Shown: one piece after another, positions 8,750 through 17,221 of the stretch
How positions within the stretch are numbered: position 1 is the stretch's first letter
Layout of the letters: the number at the start of each line of letters is the position of its first letter
Source: Desulfobulbus propionicus DSM 2032
GTDB taxonomy: Bacteria; Desulfobacterota; Desulfobulbia; Desulfobulbales; Desulfobulbaceae
Assembly: GCF_000186885.1 (NCBI RefSeq)
Contig: NC_014972.1
Coordinates: forward strand, 3,270,001-3,302,000
Reading direction: 5' to 3'
DNA: 32,000 nt
Made by a program: the position numbers and the translations under genes
The notes under the pieces: model-generated
The model's input: the letters and a program-made list of their open reading frames with translations, nothing else
Told to the model about the DNA's origin: nothing
The model's database searches: none

Positions 8750-10057
8750 TCAAAGACATTGGAGCCAGCCGATACTCCACATGCAGTGGCCGCAGGGTAC
8801 ACGACTGCCGTAGCAGTCATGCATGCCTAGGAGATTGGCATTGACCAGATCGGCACAGGGCGCCGAGGTGCAGCTCCAGCAAGGAGCGTACTCGCTGTGC
8901 CCGACCTCGATCCGAAAGGCGGTATATTCCGCTTTTTGCCAGATAGCCTCCAGCGATTCATCCTCGATGGAGCCCACAACGCGCTTGTTCACCCGGATAC
9001 TGCCGTGATTGACCTGACTGGGGCAGGTGTGCCATAAAAAATGACAGGGCATGACCTTGCCGTCTTTATCGATGAAGACCGCGTCGTCGTCGATAAAGGG
9101 GCATCTCCGGTGGCCATTGGCCGGCGCGTGGAGCGGCGGCAGGAACAGATCGATCCCATGTTTGCTTGCCGTCAGCCGGGCGCGGTGAAAATGAGCCTCG
9201 ATTTCTCCCATGTCGCGGTCGCTCTGCGCCACCAGATTGGGAAAATGAAGCGTGAGATCCTGTTGCTTGGCTTCCTGGCGCATGGCGTCTCCGAGTTGGA
9301 CGACCAAGGCATCTGCCGCACTCTTGGAGAACTTGAGCTGCGCAACGGGCAAATCCGCCAGGTTCACCCCTTGCCCCTTGGCCGCCGCCGACCATTTGGC
9401 AAAAAGGTTGGTTGCCTCACGACTGTTGGGATTGAACAGGCTGTATTCGCCCAACGAGCCATCGTAGGAAAACAGGTGACTGACGATGATGAAATCGACC
9501 TGATGCTCGCCGGCCCATGCCACCACGTCCGACAATTGGTGCAGTGTCTCCTTGCGGAGAACCACCTCAAGGCCAATGCGAACGCGCCGCTGGCTTGCTG
9601 CTCTTGCCTGTATCAGATGGGCAATCGCCTTGGTCACCGAGGAGCGTTGATGTCCGCCCCGGTTGCGCTCCTTGTCCTCGTCCGCATCCAAACTGTCCAA
9701 TGACAAGCACACGGTATCAAGCCCAGCCTCGATTAAGCGCACGGCGCGGCCGTGATTGAGCAGCAACCCATTGCTCTGGAAGCCGATGCGGCCATCAGGA
9801 GGCATCACCGCTCGGGCGAGGGCGATCATTTCTTCCAGGTCAGGGTGGAGCAGGGGCTCACCGAGCCCGTTGAGCACGAGGAATTCGGTGTGCGACAGGG
9901 AGGCGGTCGCCAGCTTTTTGAAAAGCGCCAGCGGCAGTTCCCCTTCCTCAATGCAGCTTCCCTCGGAAAATTTCAAGCACATGGGACACTGCAAGTTGCA
10001 GCGGGTGGTCAATTCAACATAGACCTTTTTCGGGTATGGGGACAGCATGATGGTCAT
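8750..10057 (-). CDS. Radical SAM/SPASM domain protein, putative maturase
   Basis: VYVELTTRCNLQCPMC (CxxxCxxC), NGLGEPLLHPD, SNG, and a C-terminal Cys-rich SPASM-like region (CPFIDDDAVFIDKDGKVMPCHFLWHTC...CWSCTSAPCADLVNANLLGMHDCYGSRVPCGHCMWSIGWLQCL). Confidence 0.9.
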   Translation of the reverse strand: MTIMLSPYPKKVYVELTTRCNLQCPMCLKFSEGSCIEEGELPLALFKKLATASLSHTEFLVLNGLGEPLLHPDLEEMIALARAVMPPDGRIGFQSNGLLLNHGRAVRLIEAGLDTVCLSLDSLDADEDKERNRGGHQRSSVTKAIAHLIQARAASQRRVRIGLEVVLRKETLHQLSDVVAWAGEHQVDFIIVSHLFSYDGSLGEYSLFNPNSREATNLFAKWSAAAKGQGVNLADLPVAQLKFSKSAADALVVQLGDAMRQEAKQQDLTLHFPNLVAQSDRDMGEIEAHFHRARLTASKHGIDLFLPPLHAPANGHRRCPFIDDDAVFIDKDGKVMPCHFLWHTCPSQVNHGSIRVNKRVVGSIEDESLEAIWQKAEYTAFRIEVGHSEYAPCWSCTSAPCADLVNANLLGMHDCYGSRVPCGHCMWSIGWLQCL

Positions 10058-10162
10058 TCAAGAAAACAATTACAATCAGACACAGGCGATCGGCTTGACG
10101 GCTTCACTAGTCGCGAAAATGATGCCCTCGGCCAGGGCGGTCTCGTCGTTCCTTGACCGAGA

Positions 10163-10405
10163 TCAGCTGATCCCCCCCTCAACTTCGCTTTGCTTCGGCA
10201 CCCGCCCCACGCACTTGACCTGACCGTCGACAACGACTGCAGGCGTAGAAAAAACGCCGAGCCTGGCAAACTCTTGAAAGTCCTTTACCTTGATGATCGT
10301 GGCCGCAATGCCTTTCGCCGCCACCGCCGCCTCCACAACCTTTTGCGTCTTTTCACAGGAAGCGCATCCTGGTCCACAGATCTTGATGTCCATATTGCTC
10401 TCCAT
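10163..10405 (-). CDS. Small thioredoxin-fold redox protein (TM0996/MTH895-like)
   Basis: MDIKICGPGCASCEKTQKVVEAAVAAKGIAATIIKVKDFQEFARLGVFSTPAVVVDGQVKCVGRVP: CxxC plus cis-Pro TPAVVVDG. Possible internal start at 10393. Confidence 0.88.
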   Translation of the reverse strand: MESNMDIKICGPGCASCEKTQKVVEAAVAAKGIAATIIKVKDFQEFARLGVFSTPAVVVDGQVKCVGRVPKQSEVEGGIS

Positions 10406-10567
10406 CTGATAGCTTCAACAAAAAACCACGGCACATGCGCGCTTCTTCACCGCGCCCCTGCCCAGGCGGCATTGGCGATACAGGGAAGCCGCTCGGGCCG
10501 AAGCGTGATCGACCCGCTCCGATTTCCTCTCCACAAAGCAAGCCACATGCCTAGCCGTTCTATTTGC

Positions 10568-10596
10568 TTGACAAGAAAACATGGTTGATCTACCAA
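10568..10596 (+). promoter_or_regulatory. Candidate arsR promoter with overlapping operator-like palindrome
   Basis: TTGACA at 10568-10573, 17 nt spacer, weak -10 TACCAA. Near-palindrome TGGTtGATCtACCA at 10582-10595 overlaps the -10 region. Confidence 0.35.
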
Positions 10597-10603
10597 ATGA
10601 CAC

Positions 10604-10939
10604 ATGAAAAAACAACCACCGACCGACAAAGAAATGGCACTCATCGTGGCAAAGGCCAACGTCTTGAAGGCGTTGGGGCATCCCACCCGCCTGTGGATGG
10701 CGGAGCAGCTTGTTGATGGCGAAAAGTGCGTATGCGAATTGGCTGAATTCATTGATGCCGATTTTTCCACCATTTCCAAACATTTGTCGGTCCTTAAGCA
10801 GGCAGGTGTCGTCGAGGATGAAAAGCGCGGCAAGCAGGTATATTATCGTCTCAAAGTTCCCTGCGTTCTCAAGTATATGTCCTGCGTTGAAGCGGTGATC
10901 AAGACCACCGTCAAGGAGCAGGTGGAGATGCTGACCTGA
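10604..10939 (+). CDS. arsR: ArsR/SmtB family metalloregulator
   Basis: KALGHPTRLWMAEQLVDGEKCVCELAEFIDADFSTISKHLSVLKQAGVVEDEKRGKQVYYRL: includes the CVCEL metal-site motif and wHTH. Confidence 0.92.
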   Translation: MKKQPPTDKEMALIVAKANVLKALGHPTRLWMAEQLVDGEKCVCELAEFIDADFSTISKHLSVLKQAGVVEDEKRGKQVYYRLKVPCVLKYMSCVEAVIKTTVKEQVEMLT

Positions 10940-10998
10940 TCAGGTCGTTATTTTTCACCCTTTACAGGGTTAATTGACCAAACAAGCAAGGACGAGCT

Positions 10999-12297
10999 AT
11001 GGAATGGAGAGATGAGTGGAAATATCTACTGTTGATTATCGGTGTTTTTCTCGCCTGTTTTTACCTGCCGGTGGGGATGGAGCGGTTCGACAACGCCATG
11101 CTCGAAGCCTTGCACCTCGTCAAGTGGTATGCGCGTGAGCATGTGCTGCTGTGCCTGGTACCGGCGTTTTTCATAGCCGGTGCAATTGGCGTGTTCGTCA
11201 GCCAGACCTCGGTCATGAAATACCTCGGACCAACTGCCAACAAGATGGTGGCGTATGGAGTGGCCGCTGTTTCCGGCACCATACTGGCCGTGTGCTCCTG
11301 CACCATCCTTCCCCTATTCAGCGGCATCTACAGGATGGGGGCCGGCCTTGGGCCAGCGTGCGCTTTTCTCTATTCCGGTCCGGCGATCAATGTGCTGGCC
11401 ATCATTCTCACCGCCCGCATCCTTGGCACCGAAATCGGCATCGCCCGGGGGGTGGGAGCCGTTCTGTTCAGCGTGATCATCGGGGCCTTGATGGCCTTTC
11501 TTTTTCGCGGGGAAGAGCAGGAAAAAGCAGCCGTTCACATGGCCTTGCCCGAAGAGGAGGTCAAACGATCTCTGTGGCAGAACGCGCTCTATTTTGCCTC
11601 GATGGTCGGGGTTCTGGTGTTTGCCAACTGGGGCAAGCCGCAGGAGCCTGTTGGCGCCTGGGCAACCATCCATGCCATGAAATGGATCATCACCTCCGGA
11701 TTTGCCGCCGCCTTGGGGGTGATCCTCATTGCCTGGTTCAACATGAAGGCATGGAAAGTCGGCCTGATTGCCATTCCCGTGGTGGCACTGGCACTACTCT
11801 TCCCTGAGCAACCTGTCGTGGCCTTTGCCGCCGGACTGGTCGGGCTTTCCATGTTCACCAGCACGGACAAGGATGAATTGGGCGACTGGTTCTCTTCCTC
11901 ATGGGGCTTCGCCAAACAGATTTTGCCGCTGCTGCTGTTTGGCGTGTTGATTGCGGGCGCCTTGTTGGGCCGGGTTGGCCATGAAGGGTTGATACCCTCG
12001 GAATGGGTGGCCAAGGCCGTGGGCGGCAATTCCTTTCAGGCCAACTTTTTTGCTTCGTTTGCCGGAGCCTTCATGTATTTTGCGACCCTCACCGAAGTGC
12101 CCATCGTTCAGGGGCTGATCGGCAGCGGCATGGGCAAGGGACCAGCGCTGGCCCTACTCCTCGCGGGGCCCGCTCTGAGTTTGCCCAACATGCTGGTGAT
12201 CAACAGTGTCCTTGGGGTGAAAAAAACCGTCACCTTTGTTGCCTTGGTGATCGTGATGGCCACCTTGAGCGGCATGTTGTTCGGTTCGTTTTTTTAA
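10999..12297 (+). CDS. ArsP-like/DUF318-type permease
   Basis: 432 aa multi-TM with two half-repeats: AVCSCTILPLFSGIYRMGAGLGPACAFLYSGPAINVLAI and TLTEVPIVQGLIGSGMGKGPALALLLAGPALSLPNMLVI. Confidence 0.88.
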   Translation: MEWRDEWKYLLLIIGVFLACFYLPVGMERFDNAMLEALHLVKWYAREHVLLCLVPAFFIAGAIGVFVSQTSVMKYLGPTANKMVAYGVAAVSGTILAVCSCTILPLFSGIYRMGAGLGPACAFLYSGPAINVLAIILTARILGTEIGIARGVGAVLFSVIIGALMAFLFRGEEQEKAAVHMALPEEEVKRSLWQNALYFASMVGVLVFANWGKPQEPVGAWATIHAMKWIITSGFAAALGVILIAWFNMKAWKVGLIAIPVVALALLFPEQPVVAFAAGLVGLSMFTSTDKDELGDWFSSSWGFAKQILPLLLFGVLIAGALLGRVGHEGLIPSEWVAKAVGGNSFQANFFASFAGAFMYFATLTEVPIVQGLIGSGMGKGPALALLLAGPALSLPNMLVINSVLGVKKTVTFVALVIVMATLSGMLFGSFF

Positions 12298-12498
12298 ATC
12301 GCTTCGATGGAGGTAAAGACATTCAAAGTTCAGATATTGGACTTACAGGATGCAGAAAATATCCTCATCCGGAGGCACAAAGCTCCCTGATTGCCGCCTC
12401 CTGCCCCTTGCCCTCATCCCTTGCCAGGATCAACTCGCTCATTCAACTCTTACCGCTGGAAATTGAACGCATCAACGCTGAACAAGCCGGTTGTTCTA

Positions 12499-13584
12499 TT
12501 ATTTGCTGCGGACATGGCAGACCCCGGTCAGCGTGCGTTGTGCGTGAGGGAAATACTTGTTTCTGAGCCGAAGGGCGACGTTCACCAAGGCGATGAGGAC
12601 CGGAACTTCGACCAGGGGGCCGATGACTGCGGCAAAAGCCTCGCCGGAATTAATGCCGAACACGGCGATGGCCACGGCAATGGCCAGCTCGAAATTGTTG
12701 GAGGCGGCGGTGAAACTCAGGGTCACGGTCTGCTCGTAAGTGGCGCCGACCTTCATAGACAGGAAGAAGGAGACGAAGAACATCACCAAAAAGTAAATGG
12801 TCAGGGGCACGGCGATGCGCAGCACATCAGACGGCAACTGGACGATGTATTCGCCCTTGAGCGAGAACATCACCAGGATGGTGAACAGCAGGAACATGAG
12901 GGTCAGGGGACTGATCCGGGGAATGAACACCTCCTCGTACCACGCCCTGCCCTTCAGCTTGATGCCGAGCAAACGGCTGAGCATGCCGGCAATGAAGGGA
13001 ATGCCCAGATAGATAAACACCGACTGACCGATCTCAGCGATGGAGACATCGACCACCGCCCCTGCTAAACCAAACCAGCCGGGGATGACGGTAATGAAGA
13101 TCCAGGCGTAAAGGGAAAAGAACAAAACCTGAAAAATCGAATTGAAGGCCACCAGCCCGGCGCAGTACTCGGTGTCGCCGTCGGCCAGATCGTTCCAGAC
13201 AATCACCATGGCGATACAGCGGGCCAGACCGATAAGGATCAGGCCGACCATGTAATGCTGTTGGCCGGAAAGCAGGGCGATAGCCAGGAGGAACATCAGC
13301 ACCGGCCCGATCACCCAGTTCTGCACCAAGGAGAGCAGCAGTACCCGGCCATTGCGAAAGACCTGGCCCAACTGCTCGTATTTGACCTTGGCGAGCGGCG
13401 GATACATCATCATGATCAGGCCGATGGCGATGGGAATGTTGGTGGTGCCCACCTGAAAGGCGTTGATCACCTGCTGCACGCCGGGAGCGGTGTAGCCCAG
13501 CATGACACCGGCGAACATGGCGAGAAAGATCCACAAGGTGAGGAAGCGATCCAAAAAACCGAGCTGTTTGGCCTGTTGCGACAT
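12499..13584 (-). CDS. arsB: ACR3 family arsenite efflux transporter
   Basis: [31 protein letters not shown]...[45 protein letters not shown]...[40 protein letters not shown]: ACR3 signatures. ATG 13584 chosen over the ORF-track start 13680. Confidence 0.94.
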   Translation of the reverse strand: MSQQAKQLGFLDRFLTLWIFLAMFAGVMLGYTAPGVQQVINAFQVGTTNIPIAIGLIMMMYPPLAKVKYEQLGQVFRNGRVLLLSLVQNWVIGPVLMFLLAIALLSGQQHYMVGLILIGLARCIAMVIVWNDLADGDTEYCAGLVAFNSIFQVLFFSLYAWIFITVIPGWFGLAGAVVDVSIAEIGQSVFIYLGIPFIAGMLSRLLGIKLKGRAWYEEVFIPRISPLTLMFLLFTILVMFSLKGEYIVQLPSDVLRIAVPLTIYFLVMFFVSFFLSMKVGATYEQTVTLSFTAASNNFELAIAVAIAVFGINSGEAFAAVIGPLVEVPVLIALVNVALRLRNKYFPHAQRTLTGVCHVRSK

Positions 13585-13835
13585 GGTGCATCCTTGTGCG
13601 GAAGATTGAGCAGAAAAGTACGCTGACAGTGCGACGTCCGTCTTTTTTTTATTTTTAATCCACCAAGACGGAGGCGTCAATCCCGTGCAACGTGTTCAAG
13701 TCATTGGCCAAAGGCACGGTCAGCTCGGACGTTCAGCCGGCCATCAAATGGTGAGGTGAAAGGTTGGCGAAGAAAACTGCCGGACAGGAGGGAGCATCCA
13801 TGGAGGGGAAAAAACGGGCGTTGGTTGATTGATCC

Positions 13836-13871
13836 TCCAGGCCCCCATGGCTTTGGCTCAGGGGGTCTGGA
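13836..13871. repeat. Imperfect inverted repeat/hairpin downstream of the response regulator gene
   Basis: TCCAGGCCCCC-(14 nt)-GGGGGTCTGGA, 11 bp stem with one G-T. Lies just past the stop of the 13939-14370 gene but has no clear U tract. Confidence 0.55.
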
Positions 13872-13938
13872 GATCATCCAGGGTGATGCGGCGTCCGGAA
13901 AGGCGAGCCGCCCCTGCGATCGGCGCGATCGTAAGCGG

Positions 13939-14370
13939 TCACCACCCCTTGCAGCCGATAATGTTTTTGATGACCTCTTCAGTGCGTTTTTCCACCAGCA
14001 GCATCTTCTGCGCCTTGGCCTCCTTGATCTTGGCATTCAACGCCTGGATGTCGATCGGTTTTTCCAGAAAATCCATCGCCCCGAGCTTCATTGCCTCGAT
14101 TCCCTTTTCCACGGTCGCGTGGCCGGTGAGCAGGATAATCTGCAGATCGGGATTCTTGGCCCTGAGCCGGGTCAGCGCCTCCAGCCCGTCCATCTCCGGC
14201 ATCATCAGATCAAGGATGACGGCGTCGTAACTCTCTTCGCCCGCCTTGTCCAAGGCCTCCAGCGGCGAGGTGGTGGTGCTCACGTTCATGCCCCGATCGC
14301 GCATCCGCTCCGCCAGCACATCCATGAAATCCTGTTCATCGTCAATCAGCAACACTCGCTCGTTCATCAC
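13939..14370 (-). CDS. Response regulator (REC only, with C-terminal coiled extension)
   Basis: MMNERVLLIDDEQDFMDVLAERMRDRG...YDAVILDLMMPEMDGLEAL...LLTGHATVEKG...LEKPID: all receiver motifs present. Confidence 0.93.
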   Translation of the reverse strand: MMNERVLLIDDEQDFMDVLAERMRDRGMNVSTTTSPLEALDKAGEESYDAVILDLMMPEMDGLEALTRLRAKNPDLQIILLTGHATVEKGIEAMKLGAMDFLEKPIDIQALNAKIKEAKAQKMLLVEKRTEEVIKNIIGCKGW

Positions 14371-14391
14371 AACCTCCTTCCAGCAGAATGA

Positions 14392-15048
14392 TCAATGGGA
14401 CGTGACGTCCAGCGGCAATCGCAGCACAATCTCTCCCGCCGCGGTCCGCAGGTCGACCTTGAGCCAGTCCATCAGCGCCTTTTCCTGCGCTCCGGGAAAG
14501 GACTCGGTTGCCACCAGAGGCAGGCCGCTGGGGTTCACCAGGCGGATCGCCACCGCTCCTTCCTCCACCGACACTGTCAGCAGCACCGATTCCCGCCGGG
14601 GCAGGGTCTCGATCACCTGCCGCAGCATCAGATAGACCAACGATTCCAGATAGATCAAGCAGGTGCGCACCGTGGTCTCGGCCGGGGTGACCGTCAACTC
14701 CAACTCCTTCATCGCCGCATGTCGCCCCGCCAATTCGACCATCAGGACCAGGGTCTCGGCCACGTTGCCCTGGAGAATCGGCGCGTCGGTGGTATGGGCG
14801 AAACGGTTGAGACTCTTCAACACCGCATCGCCGCGCTTGACCTGCTTGAGAATACGGCCGGTGGCCACGGCCAACCGATCAGGCGGAATCTCGATCCCCT
14901 TGGCCGCGCGCAGGGCCAGATCATCCAGCAGGCCGGCACTTTCGTTGACAATCGCCAGCACATTTTTCAGATCATGGGACACGGCGGCGGAAATCTTGCC
15001 AAACACCTGCAAACAGGCCGCGTCCAACGTTTCGTTGAGCGGTTCCAT
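14392..15048 (-). CDS. Histidine-kinase-like DHp protein with degenerate ATPase region, possible phosphotransfer protein
   Basis: H-box KISAAVSHDLKNVLAIVNESAGLLDDLALRA is present. The C-terminal half lacks recognisable N, G1 and G2 boxes (the expected N-box position reads YLMLRQVIETL). Confidence 0.75.
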   Translation of the reverse strand: MEPLNETLDAACLQVFGKISAAVSHDLKNVLAIVNESAGLLDDLALRAAKGIEIPPDRLAVATGRILKQVKRGDAVLKSLNRFAHTTDAPILQGNVAETLVLMVELAGRHAAMKELELTVTPAETTVRTCLIYLESLVYLMLRQVIETLPRRESVLLTVSVEEGAVAIRLVNPSGLPLVATESFPGAQEKALMDWLKVDLRTAAGEIVLRLPLDVTSH

Positions 15049-15417
15049 TCACTCCTCCCCGGCGTCAAAGGCGGCATGAATCTTGGCCACCAGTTCCTGG
15101 ATATTGACCGGCTTGATCAGATAGTTATCCGCTCCGGCCTCCGAGGCCCCGGCCTCGAAATCCTCCTCCGAGCCGTGGCCGGTCAAAAAAATAAACCGCA
15201 TCGCCGGCGACAGTTTCTGCAATTCCGCCTTGAGCTGCAGGCCGTTCATCTTCGGCATCTTCATATCTAGCACCGCCAGATCGTAGGGACGCTCGGCCGC
15301 CAGCCGCAGCGCGTCCTCGCCGCACAGCGCCCAGTCGGCCTCGATGTCGCGCAACGACAGCCGTTCCGCCAGGGTCACCACCAATTCTTCCTCGTCGTCT
15401 ACCAACAGTACCTTCAT
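15049..15417 (-). CDS. Response regulator (REC only)
   Basis: MKVLLVDDEEELVVTLAERLSLRD...YDLAVLDMKMPKMNGLQLK...FLTGHGSEED...LIKPVN. Confidence 0.94.
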   Translation of the reverse strand: MKVLLVDDEEELVVTLAERLSLRDIEADWALCGEDALRLAAERPYDLAVLDMKMPKMNGLQLKAELQKLSPAMRFIFLTGHGSEEDFEAGASEAGADNYLIKPVNIQELVAKIHAAFDAGEE

Positions 15418-15420
15418 CGC

Positions 15421-17190
15421 TTACCCCTTGTGCTCCGCCATGGTGAGCGGCAGCGTGATGATGAAACAGGTGCCCTTGCCCTGTTCACTGGTCACCCGGA
15501 TGGTTCCTCCCAGTTCGCTGACCAAGCCGTAGGTGATCGACAATCCCAGGCCGGTGCCGCCCCGACCGCCCTTGGTGGTGAAGAACGGCTCGAAAATTTT
15601 GGCCAGGTCTTCCGGCGGAATGCCGCAGCCGTCGTCGCTGATCGACAATTCCACCGCGCCGCTCCCCGCCTTGCGGACGGCGATTCCCAGGTTACCGCCA
15701 TCCTCCACCGCAGCAAAGGCATTTTTGATGATATTGAGCAGCACCTGCTGCAACTTCCCCTTGTCGCTGACAATATCCTCGATCCCGTCGTCAATGTCGA
15801 TCTTGATGGTGATCGAACGATACTCCGGCTCCTTGCCGAGAAAGCTGAGCACCTCGGTGATGATCTTGTGGAGATTGATCCGGGTGACGGTCGCCTCCGA
15901 CTGGCGGGCAAAGCTGAGCAGGCGGCGGGTGATCACCGAGCACCGCTCCACCGAGGAGACGATCGAGGCAATCAGCCCCAGCAGTTTGGCATCCTGTTTG
16001 TATTGCTCCTTGATCATGAACAGATCCTGGATCAGCCCGGCCTTCTCGTTGATGATCGCCAGCGGATTGTTGATCTCGTGGGCGATCCCCGCCGCCAGCC
16101 GGCCGATGCTGGCCATCTTCTCCGAATACTCGATCTCGTGAAGCATCATCACCCGTTTCTGGTCGGCGGTGTGGATGGCGTTGACCAGATAGGTGACCAC
16201 GCACAGCAGGACCAGGAGGATGATGCCCACGGTAAAGGAGAGGAAGATCAGGATCTTCATCCGCGTTTGCCGCCACTGGGCCATCAGCTCCGCCTTGGGG
16301 CTAACCAGCATGAGGATGAACGGCGAATTCTCCACATAGGCGTAACTGACCACCAGGGTGCCGTCGGCCACCGTCTCGGGCAACCGTGTGTCGGCGGCAC
16401 CCGGCACCGGCATGCCCTCGAGCTGATACCCCTCGGTATGATCGGAGAACTCGGGGACCGCCAGCGGCACCTTGCCGAGCACCTCGCCGAAATAGCGGGA
16501 TGGCGTCTGCAATACCCCCTCATGGTTGATGAGGAAGGCGTCACCGACCTCGCCGGTCTGTTCATGGGAGAGAATTTCCGTGAGCCGTTCGATGCTCACC
16601 GAGGTCCGGAGCACATAAAACGATCCGCCCGGCATCGACCGTTTCACCGCGATCACAATGTGGGGCAGATTACGCAGCCCCATGAACACGTCGCTGATGA
16701 AGATACCCCTGTTCTGGATCTCCTTGAACCACGGCTGGGACGAATAGTCGGCGTTCTCCAGGTGGAAGGGCCCTGAATAGGCACGCTGGATGCCGGCGGC
16801 ATCAATCACCCCCAGATCGGCAAACAGGCCCAAACCGCGGTTGAGGTTCTCGAGCAGGACCGTCAGCCGCCCCGGCTGGAGCAGCTGCTCAAAGGTATTG
16901 TCATGGATGATGAATTCCAGGGCGAACCGCTTCTTGGACAGGAGAAAGGATTCGGTCCGCCTGGTCTTGGCCACGAACCGGCTGGCCCGGGCCAGGGCCT
17001 CGGATTCAAAGGTGGCCTTGGTCACCTTGTACTCGTAGGCGGTCAGCATGACCAGCGGCAGAAACACGATCACCACCGAAATCAGCGCCGCCTCTTTCCA
17101 CAGGCGGCGGTAGTTGAACAGCTGCTTGTACATCCCCGAGGCATCGCCGTCGTGCCAGAATTCCGGGATGAACTTGTCAATCAACCACAT
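15421..17190 (-). CDS. Membrane sensor histidine kinase with dCache-like extracytoplasmic domain
   Basis: Two TM segments flanking a Cache-like region (SSQPWFKEIQNRGIFISDVFMGLRNLPHIVIAV), H-box GRLAAGIAHEINNPLAIINEKAG, N-box QQVLLNIIKNAFAAV, G-boxes [22 protein letters not shown] / GTGLGLSI. Confidence 0.95.
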   Translation of the reverse strand: MWLIDKFIPEFWHDGDASGMYKQLFNYRRLWKEAALISVVIVFLPLVMLTAYEYKVTKATFESEALARASRFVAKTRRTESFLLSKKRFALEFIIHDNTFEQLLQPGRLTVLLENLNRGLGLFADLGVIDAAGIQRAYSGPFHLENADYSSQPWFKEIQNRGIFISDVFMGLRNLPHIVIAVKRSMPGGSFYVLRTSVSIERLTEILSHEQTGEVGDAFLINHEGVLQTPSRYFGEVLGKVPLAVPEFSDHTEGYQLEGMPVPGAADTRLPETVADGTLVVSYAYVENSPFILMLVSPKAELMAQWRQTRMKILIFLSFTVGIILLVLLCVVTYLVNAIHTADQKRVMMLHEIEYSEKMASIGRLAAGIAHEINNPLAIINEKAGLIQDLFMIKEQYKQDAKLLGLIASIVSSVERCSVITRRLLSFARQSEATVTRINLHKIITEVLSFLGKEPEYRSITIKIDIDDGIEDIVSDKGKLQQVLLNIIKNAFAAVEDGGNLGIAVRKAGSGAVELSISDDGCGIPPEDLAKIFEPFFTTKGGRGGTGLGLSITYGLVSELGGTIRVTSEQGKGTCFIITLPLTMAEHKG

Positions 17191-17221
17191 GGCCGCCCTC
17201 CTTTCGCCCGCGCGCCGACCG

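Noticed and set aside
8486-8752. The TGA ending the radical SAM gene (8750-8752) is followed in frame by 85+ open codons (CQPSPSPVSPGTGKRDD...CPLNCGADVLCAGVVHWVFLGECESL...) and by a GTCTCCCCGGGAACGGGGAAAAGAGAC hairpin, which suggested a second Sec codon.
   Set aside because: The protein already ends in a complete-looking Cys-rich C-terminus (CGHCMWSIGWLQCL). The extension is Pro/Arg-biased and resembles no family I recognise, and the hairpin loop (GGAA) lacks the GGUC-type features seen at 2951. A homologue alignment of the C-terminus would settle it.
9041-9703. 220-aa plus-strand ORF inside the radical SAM gene
   Set aside because: Shadow frame antisense to a gene with clear CxxxCxxC and SPASM-type Cys motifs.
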